A DNA stretch of 63,497 bases, counting the filler, from Kipferlia bialata (Eukaryota), in the NCBI GenBank assembly GCA_003568945.1. It is 4 parts of 4 records of this genome, joined end to end, with 100 filler letters (N's around TTAATTAATTAA, not from the genome) between each part and the next. Parts side by side here need not be neighbours in the genome. Positions count along the whole stretch, not along the records: positions 50,376 to 60,972 come from BDIP01000139.1; positions 61,073 to 63,497 come from BDIP01000209.1; 2 more parts are not named here. One strand, written 5' to 3'. The position numbers and the translations under genes are program-made. Below, in pieces: positions 53,401 to 63,497 of the stretch (position 1 is its first letter; each line of letters starts with the position of its first letter). The notes beneath the pieces are model-generated. The model was not told the DNA's origin. It was given only the letters and a program-made list of their open reading frames with translations, and did not search any database.

Positions 53401-55209
53401 TGACCCTAGGTTGCCGGTGGTCTGAGTGTGGCCCTTGGGTGGTGGCAGGATGGGATGGCATACCCTAGAGACAGCATGGATCAGGCAGACATAGCGGGTA
53501 TGGGGTATACAGTTCCACTCCTTGGGGGATATCTGGCATATGACCCACTCTCACACCAGTTGCAGAGGCTTACGTAAACGGCAAGATAGCAGCGAACGCC
53601 AGAAGTGAGAGGTGAGATAACTCCACAATTCGGTGTTCTCGATACTGCATCAGATTGGGATATGTTGCAATAGGGTGTGAGTAGCGTTCTGACCCCTAGT
53701 GATGTGGCATACTACACAGACATGGTGTGGAACCCCTTCACCGAGGTCTTGTTTGACCCTGATACTGGGCTGCAGACAAACAGCACAACCCCGGTGAGTG
53801 GTTTATAGTATACTCCCAGCCTTTAGTCTCTTATCAAACTAACCTGTAGGCCCTTTGGGATAGTGACCGCAGCATACACTCCACCGTTGGCCCTCTTCCC
53901 TTAGCCACGCTGGCAGGACTCAGCCCCGACCGGACTAGATGTATGTGTTGGAGTGTATATGGAGCCCGCTGCGCTATATGCATTGTAGTCGTAAGTATGT
54001 CCTCACCCCAGACTCGTGTTCCCTCAAGGACATCGGGAGCCAGCACTACTTCCATGGGGGTCTCTGTGAGGGACTGAACCATGGTGCGTGTAGTGTGCAT
54101 ATTAGCCATCTTATGACCCTGACCTTGCAGTGACAATTCTCATGACATCAACCCACGCCAGGCGACCCCCTTAGTGGTGGATCCTACACCACCCAGCAGC
54201 CTGATGCGGTGCTATGTGGGACCCAGTCATTCACTGTAGAGTCGCAGATGATGAATGTGCCAGGTGGGCTGGTGGCTATATGTATACAGTGCCTACTATG
54301 TTATCAAGTGTAATTGTACCCACTGCCAACCCCTCAGGATGGTGTGAGCACCCCGAGTCTCTGGCCTGGCTATCGTCAGACGGACAGGAGGGGTACTGCG
54401 AGTCAGACAGGGTGTTCTACTCATCGGTGCTGTCCAAGATCGATAGGTGTGTACTAATGAACAATCAAGTATGTACTATCCCTGGGTGTTTGTCCTGACC
54501 GTCAGTGGCTTCAGTGTCTGCGACTCTACTGGCGGGGCCTCATACCCTCTGACCATATCAGTGAGGCACAAGAGGAGTGACCAGGTGGGTATACATAACA
54601 TTATCAATCATTCATCATTGACCAGGTATGACATGATTCCCTATGTTATGTCCCTCTAACCCAGGTGACCCAGGTTACCTTCAGCAACATCGACGCGGCC
54701 AATCTAATCAAGGTGTGTGCTGACGTATGACTTTACACACACATGTCGACAATGATGTATCTAAATTCTCACTTACAGGACACCGTTGTGCTGGTGGTCT
54801 CTATCGTTGGCGGCCAGGCAGCTCTTAGATGGGTCCTAGAGACGTTGAAAGAGTATGTTGATTTGTGAATTGTCCCGACTCTCCTATTCCATGTGTGTAT
54901 ATATTATGTTGGTCCCTGTCTCACCCCAGTCTGGGCTCCGCCAGGAGGAAGGTTAAGGAGAATGAGGATAAACTAGACAAGGTGGGTAGGGAGTAGAGTT
55001 GTTGACGTGAACTATCCGCTACATACACTGTCATTGTATACCCTTACCATACTAGTACAGTACCACTGCTATTTCCTTATCTGTAGGTGTGGCCGACGCA
55101 CGACGCCTTCGCTCAGGCCGTGCAGTTTGGGGAGATCTATGGACTGGTCCAACATGAGGTGACTACCCAGCTCAGAACGAATGCACTCAGGAGCAAGCAG
55201 TCACAGTAG
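50451..55209 (+). CDS. Hypothetical multi-exon membrane protein with a large Cys-containing extracytoplasmic loop, 5' end missing
   Basis: Regular short exons. Hydrophobic segments ANVIACIVLIARCSCCCG, GGLVTILLVILGVGMVGWTVFACIY (~51715-51790) and DTVVLVVSIVGGQAALRWVL (~54780-54840). Stop at 55209. Confidence 0.6.
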
Positions 55210-55461
55210 GTGTGACTAGGGAGATGGTCCATAGGCATCGTATGACCGTAGACGCTAGAGACACCCCCCCCCAGTGTGACCTCACGGCATATCGTGCTAC
55301 ACAATAGGATCGGTTGGTAGAATAGATTGTATTGGTATTCTCTATTGTGTGTATCATGTACTCTTACAATACTACTGACAAATGTGGCCAACGCACTCTC
55401 TAGATCGACTGTACCACTCAGATATATCTGAGTGGCACAGAAGAGTCGAGGCGCAAATGGC

Positions 55462-57500
55462 TCACATATCAGACCCACCAACAGCCCCCTTGGGACTGAG
55501 CTTCCAGAGTCTGTTCCACCCCTGCCTCATGGCACCATAGATGGGGTGGGGGGTAGCATCGGGTAGGGCTGGGGGCACCCTCCCATACCCCCAGGTCAGG
55601 TACACAGCAGCATCCCCCGTGGCAGAGAGGGGGGAGGAGTCTCCCTTGGTACCAAGCACCCAACCTTCAACACCCCTCTCACCCCCCTTCCCACTGACCA
55701 CCTCCAGCCCCCCTGCCCGTGCCCATGCACCCAGCCACTGGGGGTAGAGCATGTACTGCAGGAAAAGGTCCGATATGTTGAAGGGGTGCTCGGGGAGGGG
55801 GCTCCTGAGGATGGGGTCCAGCCCCTCTGCCTTGTTGACCCTCTTGGCAGTGTCGAGGGCGAGGTCTAGGATCTGACACCTACCCTTGGTGTCGGGATAG
55901 TCCATGAGGCTGGCCCCTTTAGTCACAGAGCCCCAGTTCATGGTGTACCCACTGTGTGTGCATGTCACACCCCCACAGCGCCTGGCCAGACCGTGTAGCA
56001 CCTTGTTTGGCACATAGTCCAGCACATTGGACCAGGACATTGTCCTAGGTGACAGGACTGACACCTCTCTTGTGACTGCATAGTCTGTGACATCACCCAG
56101 CCTGAGGGAGACAGACACAGACCCAGCCCGGCCCCTCTCCCTCAGAGCCCTCAGCCTGACCCCCAGCCACTCTCGAACACCGTCCAGCACTGTGGCACTG
56201 CCGCTCATATTCCTAGCACATTGCAGACACTCTCTGAATGGGACTACAGAGAACACACTGGCCAGGCCGGCCGAGGGGGCAATGCCGTCAGGGCAGGAGA
56301 ACATGGAGAGACTGCCTGTGGGCCTGGGCTTGGGTGCCCTTCTTCTCCCTCTAGCCTTCTTTGCAGAGGCATCCGCCCTCGCAAAGTCACCCGTGAGGTT
56401 ATATGTCCCCACAGCCACTCTATCCTTGCGTCTCACAAGAGAGCCGGCAAGGAAGGAGGAGGTTGGGGACTGGAGAGAGAGCCACTCTCCCCTAGCCCGA
56501 GAGAGAGGGACAGAGGGGGAGAGAGAGGGGTCAGCCCAGTGGGAGAGGATGGAGGAGACGGGAGGGGGGAGAGAGGATGCAGTGGATAGGAGAGAGGAGG
56601 CGGCATCCCGGAACAGGGCCTCTGTACTAAGGTCCCAGGTGGAGCTGTACCACACCTAGGGGGTAAGAGGAGAACAACAACAGAACTAGAGGTGACACAT
56701 ATAGGGGGGTGGTACCTGGAGGACTGCCCTCTCATAGTGCGAGGCCTCTCCCTCACACAGCATGTGCCACACAACCATGGTCTTGGCAACGGCAAAGGCA
56801 CACAGCTCATACCCCACAAAGGAGAGAGGCTGGGGGGTGGCACCTTCACCACCCTCCCTCTCCCCTCTGCCCCCACTCTGTATGTCTGCACACAGCAGGG
56901 TGCCGAGGTCCACAAACCCAACTGCCACGTGGGTGGTGCCAGAGTACATGGGGGTGGGGGTGTAGGTCTGGTTGCTGGGGGTGAGACGTTACATTAATGT
57001 CACACACACAATCCATCCATACATATATGTATATATATGTGTGTGTATACAAACCTGAAGTTGTGCCTGACAGTGTTGCTGTACCCCTTGTTCGGAGGCT
57101 TCCTCAAGTGGCACACACTCCCAACCCGTGCCCCCACATACCACGACTCAGACCATGTACCATGGAGTCTCTTCCGGAGCTCGTGGGGCACCACTTTCCA
57201 AGAGGGGTCACGCCGAGAAGTCTCCATCTTATCTGGGAGGCACCGTAGGTTCTCGTAGGCAACCTCGAGGTGCTCCTTCACCTGGTGCCGGGGAAGGCCC
57301 TTGGGGTACCCGTGCTTGAGCGTCTCCTGAACAAAGTCGGGGAAGGGGGGTAGGGGGTTCCCCTGCATCATGCGCATAACCAGGAACATGTCGTTGCTAC
57401 ACCTCATGTCCTTGACCGAGACACGCTGATCCTTTGGTACCTTCTGTCTAGCCTCTTCCTCTTGTCTCTCCTGAAGTTTCTCTGCTGTACTGCTGCCCAT
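55462..57500 (-). CDS. Uncharacterised protein, DUF4470-like / methyltransferase-like, 3 exons
   Basis: Exons ~57056-57500, ~56715-56974 and 55462-56655 splice in frame. Motifs HVAVGFVDL, FVGYELCAFAVAKT, LQ|VWYSSTW and SWSNVLDY. The family assignment is from motif memory only. Confidence 0.6.
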
Positions 57501-57614
57501 AGATTTCTATACTGAATAGCTTGCCAAGCTGCTTGCACTCCTAGACCCTTGGGTGGTTTTTGCACTGGCTTTGAGACGCTCAAGACGCCAGATCTATGGC
57601 CGCCTCTTTCTGTG
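57501..57614. promoter_or_regulatory. Putative compact bidirectional promoter
   Basis: Only 114 bp separate the divergent ATGs at 57500 (-) and 57615 (+). Confidence 0.45.
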
Positions 57615-59046
57615 ATGCAGAAGACTCTAGCACTCCACGGATTTCTTCAGGTAATGGTTAGAATGGTGAGAGTAGACATGATGACACCCATATTTCTGCT
57701 GGGGAATTTGTATATTCTGGTAACTGCTCCCTGTAAATCCCCGTATCATAGTAACCCCCAGACCGGAGATGTGTTCCTGAAGAAGCTTGGCCAGCTCAGG
57801 TGAGATCGGTAGAGACAGTTGTGTCCACCTCCCCCCCTTACCCCCTCTCGTCCTTCGCCACTAGATCTAATTGAATAGGAAGTACCTCAAGCACACCACC
57901 ACCTTCGATGTGATTGATGCCCCCGTCTCCATCCACCCCCATGCACTCAATGAGGACAGTGGGTATGTACCCGTATCTCTTAGTTATGTACCTACATCCC
58001 CCCCCCCCTCACCTCCCAGCCTTGTCGAGTGCACTGCTGAGTGTGTGGGTGTGGATGGCTCTGTCTCCATCCAGCACTCCATGGTGCCTGCAGACCCAGA
58101 GGGCACAGACACCAACAGATGTGCGGTATTTATATAGTGTGACTGCTCTCTCTCCTGTATGTATGCGTCTGCCTCCCCTGCTCCCCTTGCCCTTTGCCCT
58201 GCTCCTCTTCCTCACCCCAGACCTGGGCTGGTGGGTCAGTGATGTGCCGGGCTTTGACGTCAAGACCAGATACTACATAGAAGAGGCCTTGGACTACATC
58301 GAGGAGTATATACTAGGTAAATGCATCTGTAACTACATTCACGGTGTGTGTCCTGCTCTCTCCTGTCCCCCCTTTCACCCAGAGACCAAGCCTGACGTGA
58401 TCCTAGCCTTCAGCCAGGGGGCGTCCAGCCTCGCACTTCTGTACGTGTAGGTCGCTTTCCCTCCCTGTCGTTCAAGTATATACACTGATTGCTTCATCCT
58501 ATATGCCATATCCCTCTACCTCCTCTGCCCGTCCCACCCCAGGCTACACCGGTGGGGCTCCAACCCCCCTGCCTTCATCAAGTCTGCCATCATGATATCC
58601 CCAGCTGGGGCACCCGGCACAGAGGGGCTGGACAAGGGTATGTACACTACCACATGTATTACGTGTATGTGTTCTGCCATGTATATATGGACACTCTCCC
58701 CCAACCCTCACCCCAGTCCACTCCCCCATCTCCACCCACCTCATCTACGGGGAGCAGGACTACATAGTGCCCAATGAGCTGTCCTTGCGTGTAGGTAAGA
58801 ATACTATGTGTCAGCAGTCATATTTGCCTCGCCTAGTCGTGTCTCACCCCCAGGAGACGCCCTGGCTCTAGATGGTGTCCACCCACACGATGGAAAGCAC
58901 TTTGTACCGGCAGGTAGTGTTCTAGTACGCACTGCTGTAATTGTGTAGTATCCCTCGATCATCCTCCCTCCTCTCACCCTATAGCCTCCAGACACAGACC
59001 CATCTGGGCCGAGATATACGGCATCACACCCCCAGAGCAGAAGTAG
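57615..59046 (+). CDS. FSH1/OVCA2-family serine hydrolase
   Basis: MQKTLALHGFLQ|TGDVF..K...LR|K, F..IDAP, GWW, IEEALDYI, DVILAFSQGA (nucleophile), HLIYGEQDYIVP (Asp), HDGKHFVP (His). Stop at 59046. Confidence 0.88.
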
Positions 59047-59175
59047 AGGAGGGGATAGAGTGCCATACACTTCGGACATACACACATAGGGATGATGGGG
59101 TTCATATCTATAACTCAGGCATTGAGTGACCGTGAGTCTATTTAGATCTATGCACAGTCCCTCCCCATTTCCCCC

Positions 59176-60914
59176 TCACTTGCTCTCCCCTGCCCTGAGG
59201 CGTCTGTCTCTCCTCTGGGCCTCCTCGATGGTCTCCTGGGGGTGGAGGGCGGAGAGGGAGGAAGGGTTATGGATAGAACAAGAGAAGAGAGAACGAGAGA
59301 GAGGACCTAGGTACATATACATGTCCACCCACCTTTGCCTTCTGTGCCGCAGGGAAGTCCCCATCACCTATCAGCCTCACATCGGCCCTCCTGGGGGTGA
59401 GTATAGCAATAGATACAATACTATTTGTGCGAGGGCAGTCCTCCTATACTATGTAGATGTATCCATTTCCCCACCTCCTGCTGTCACTGGGCAGTGCTCT
59501 CTCCAGGGGCACAGGGCTGTTGGCCTGGATGGAGTGGGAGTAGCGCCAGATGACCTGGGGGTTAGACTAACGTGGTTGTGTGCAGTTACAACCCTGAACA
59601 AGTAGTGTCACCTGGTTCTGCCACACAAACTCCTTGACGTAGGACCCCTGGGCAGTGGATATCTCTGACCCGTACTTGGGGTGGTCCTTCTTGTCCTGGG
59701 TCAGAGTGTATCTGAACACCTGATACACCATATGAATTGGAATATGCCACAGTATGCACCCACCCTCTTCTTGGAGTGCCACTTGGCCCTCTTCTCGGTG
59801 TCTGTGACCTGCACTATCGACATGTCACACTCATCAACCTGGGGGTCAGGGGCAACGACAGCGAGTATGTATCATGCATAGCAGCTCTACAATGACTGCA
59901 CCAGTAGTTAGATACATACCCTTCTACCCTTTTTCCTGCTGTCCGTGAAGTGGATGGTGCCCTCAAGGTGACTTGTCTCGTCATACACAAGGAAGGTGCC
60001 TGAGAATCAGTACACCGGCTACTATACATGATAACATGTCACACGCCACCCCATACCCGTGTAGACTGCAGCCCTCTTGCCCCATATGATGCCGTTGATG
60101 ATGGTATCAGGAAGGGTGAAGTGGATGCGGTTGGTCTCTGGGGTGAGGTTGAAGCGAGATTGAGTAGTATCCACAATACGTGTGCATGTACCTACTCCTG
60201 TGTTGTCGTACAGTACCAGCAGCCACTTGCCAGGCTGGGTCACATTGACTGTATTGCCCTGGGGTCAGAGATATCATATACACTATATACAGTCATGCAT
60301 CAGGTGTAGTAGCAGAGGGTAACCAGCAGACATGGAGAGCGTGACTCTTGACATCCTCCCACCTTGAATGACGCTGTGTACACTGCCTGTCCACTCAGTC
60401 TCCAGCCATCACCTGGGGTCATATATATAATCATGTGGTGTAGATATACAAATAGAAATGGCTGGTGAGGAGGACAACGGGCATTGAGGACGTTGATAAG
60501 GTATGTATGTATATCACACCTAGCAGGAGCATGGATGTCTCTGGGGGATGGTGTCTGCTGCCCTCACAGTATACCCTGGGGTGAGAGTGAGAAGGATGGG
60601 ATAGGTACTGTCAGTGGTACCACAGAGTACAGTATGACCCATGATACCTAGTCCCATCTCCAAACACTGTCTCGTATGTCTCACCCAGGACAGGGTTCAC
60701 AGGCTTCCTGGGGGTGAAATGGCGGGCATATACGAGGGACATATACTATACGATACCCAGTCCCCTGCCTAAATGTGTGTATACACAAATTCATATATAC
60801 ACATACCTGTGTGACCCCAGCCTGCTGAGACCTGCGAAGAAGAACGCACACACATGCACAAATCTGACCAGGGGGTCTGTCTGTCTCCTGGCTGCAGCAA
60901 GGAGAGGGGTCTCC
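59176..60914 (-). CDS. Oxysterol-binding protein-related (ORD domain), 5' end missing
   Basis: KPVNPVLGETY, VYCEGSRHHPP, LPSDSR|RRADVR..GDGDF.AAQKAK|ETIEEAQRRDRRLR. Confidence 0.88.
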
Positions 60915-60972
60915 CTGGGGGTCAGGGGAGAGAGAGGGGGGGGGGGGGGGGGGGGTTTGTATGATTGGAAAA

Positions 60973-61072
60973 NNNNNNNNNNNNNNNNNNNNNNNNNNNN
61001 NNNNNNNNNNNNNNNNTTAATTAATTAANNNNNNNNNNNNNNNNNNNNNNNNNNNNNNNNNNNNNNNNNNNN
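60973..61072. other. Artificial contig join (N-gap with TTAATTAATTAA linker)
   Basis: Linker at 61017-61028. Confidence 0.95.
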
Positions 61073-61124
<52 letters not shown>

Positions 61125-61130
61125 CCCCAG

Positions 61131-62097
61131 ACTCAAGGCCGCAGTCTCTGAGTTCCAGGGAGAGTACCAGGTACTCAATACGCCTGCTACACATATTGAT
61201 ACTATCTGAACACACTACAATACCAGTTCCACTCTTGTCTATTCCTAACTGTATATGTGTATGAGTTCATATACATATGGACTAACCCCAGACTTCCCAG
61301 CCCCCCCTTGTGTGTGCCTCCTGTGGGTCCACCTCTCTCTCCCCCTACTGCTCTGTCCACCCCACCCATGGGGTAGTCCTATGCGAGGGGTGCACCCCAG
61401 TGGTGGAGACACCAATGACAGTCGAGGTATGGGATATGTGATGTATATATATGATTCTGTGTAATTATATAATTATTGTATATAGTGGTGGATACACCAA
61501 TGACAGTCGAGGTATGATATATATATGTGATGTATATACATGTTATAGGTATGATATATATGTGATGTATATATATGATTCTGTGTGTAATTATATAATA
61601 ATAATTATATAATATTATTATTGTATATAGTGGTGGAGACCCCAATGACAGTCGAGGTATGATATATATGTTTATAATATGTGTATAAGATATATACGAG
61701 TCACCACCTTGTCTAATACCCCCAGCGTGAGACCGAGACCGTTGCTCTGGCCCGCACATACGCTGCCCTCTACCCAGGTGTGTATTTATACACATGTACT
61801 ATATACCCTGATGATACCCCCCCCCCCTCCCATCTTGTGCATGTTCCATTGGTTGTATACTGTATGTATACTCACTGCCAGACCTAGGTGTTGCTCCCTT
61901 CGGGGACGCCCTAGGCCAGGGGGACAGGGCCAGTGGCGTCAGGACAGGTGGGGCTATACACATAAACATACATATACATATCCATATTTTTGTGATATAT
62001 TACTATTGTATGCGTGTAGCTGATGTCAGGCCTCCTCAGTGCATGCATCCAGAAGGAGGAGCTCCTCAAGGGGTTCGTGGCATCGGTCGGCATCTAA
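61131..62097 (+). CDS. 3' exons of a hypothetical gene
   Basis: Several GC-richer segments bounded by ctnaccccag / gt. Last exon LMSGLLSACIQKEELLKGFVASVGI*. Confidence 0.45.
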
Positions 62098-62422
62098 GGA
62101 GAGAGACAGATAGAAGGAGACAAAGCCAATCATACCTCATGTTATGACTGAGAGCGTAGTGTAGTTGTATTAAATGTAAATTGTTTTAGGTTTGGTTGGA
62201 TCTATATGGTATTTTATATGTGAATTGTCAGAAGGTGAATGGAGGTGACAGCGAGGCTCGAACCCGTGAGGGACCAAAGCGAAGCCACGTCTTGAATAGA
62301 GAGACGTTCTCCGAAAACTATCCGGTAACATTCGGAACTCTCCGATAACTCAAAATCAACCCTGCAAAGAACGATATGCGACCTGTCTTGGTCTATGTAC
62401 CGTCTCCGACACTACCTTCGCC

Positions 62423-63432
62423 ATGATGGGCCACCACGAGAAGAATGCTTCCTGCTCTCGCATCGGTGAGCCTTCCTTGATCATTCTCAATGGTCCATCT
62501 GGCGTTGGTAAGTCGACCCTTCTCAGGCGGCTGCTTTCCGAGTACCACGACCAGTTTGGCTTCTCTGTGTCCCACACTACCCGTGGCCCACGTAACTACG
62601 AGGTCCACGGCGAGCACTACTACTTTGTGAGCGACGAGAAGTTCAACGAAATCGTTGAGGCCGGGGACATGATTGAGCACGCCAACGTGCACGGATGCTC
62701 CTACGGTACCTCCTCTGCTGCCGTCCACAAGGTGCTGGACACCGGCCGTTCCTGTATCCTCGACCTCGACAACCAGGGAGCCTGCTCCATCAAGGAGTGG
62801 CTCGCTAGGCACCCCAACCCTCCCAGGGTATGTAATCGCATCCTTTCCCTGCGCCTCTCTAATTGTGTATTATCATAATTGACCTATCTGCACCCCCCTT
62901 CCCCTCCCACCCCAGGCCCACTTCATTGTGATCCTGCCCCCCTCCCTCGAGGACCTCGAGTTCAGGTACTGCTACACGGCCAAACCGATTTCACACTGAT
63001 ATCTGACGCAAGTCTTGCGTGACATTTTCCGGCCTCTATACACTCTCCCCCTCTACTACTTACTCTGAATGCTACCATGCAACCTCGCTGTCACTTACTC
63101 CATCCATTGGATTCGTTGTTTTACTGAGTATGTCTACACACTTCTATTTTTGGATATCATGCTGCGTGTAGATGGCTTACCCTAGGCTCCGTTCCCGCGG
63201 GTCTGAGACCGAGGCCACCTTCATCACTCGTATCGAGAACGCCAGGGAGGAGCTAGACTGGTACGATTTATATGAATATATTTATATATATATATATTTA
63301 TCGCATTATGTATTTGTACTCATATATTCTTTGCTGACCCCTAGGTATGCCGCCCACCCCGGCTTCTACGACTCCTACATCGTCAACTCCAACGTGGCAT
63401 CTGCCTACAGGGCATTCTGCGAGGCCACAGAG
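62423..63432 (+). CDS. GUK1: Guanylate kinase, 3' end beyond the window
   Basis: ILNGPSGVGKSTL P-loop, FSVSHTTRGPR..EVHGEHYYFVS, EHANVHGCSYGTS, CILDLDNQGA, ILPPSLEDLEFR|LRSRGSET. Exons 62423-62827, 62916-62965, 63186-63260 and 63345-63432. Confidence 0.95.
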
Positions 63433-63449
63433 GTATGTATATAGTCTGC

Positions 63450-63488
<39 letters not shown>

Positions 63489-63497
63489 CCCCCCCCC

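Overview
Intron-rich eukaryotic protist genomic DNA made of four assembly pieces joined by 100-nt N-gaps carrying an artificial TTAATTAATTAA linker (about 19.7, 50.3 and 61.0 kb). Short GT-AG introns whose branch point is fused to the acceptor (YTNAY-N3-5-AG) suggest a Kipferlia-like metamonad; that is inference only. Genes reconstructed by manual splicing: a class 3 lipase, a protein with helicase-associated (HA)-like repeats, a GNAT acetyltransferase fusion and a truncated tandem paralog, a ~30-kb ASCC3/Slh1-type double Ski2-like helicase, a membrane protein, a DUF4470-like protein, an FSH1/OVCA2 serine hydrolase, an OSBP-related protein and guanylate kinase. The striking signal is that the introns, mainly in the helicase gene, are filled with stacks of half-exon copies. 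Acceptor plus 5' half copies lie upstream of the live exon, and 3' half plus donor copies lie downstream. The copies cannot be spliced as whole exons, yet they differ from the live exon mostly by synonymous changes (including TCN<->AGY Ser and AGG<->CGC Arg switches) or conservative amino-acid changes. They look like displaced ends of diverged functional alleles archived in introns. An assembly artefact that stacks haplotypes must be excluded.
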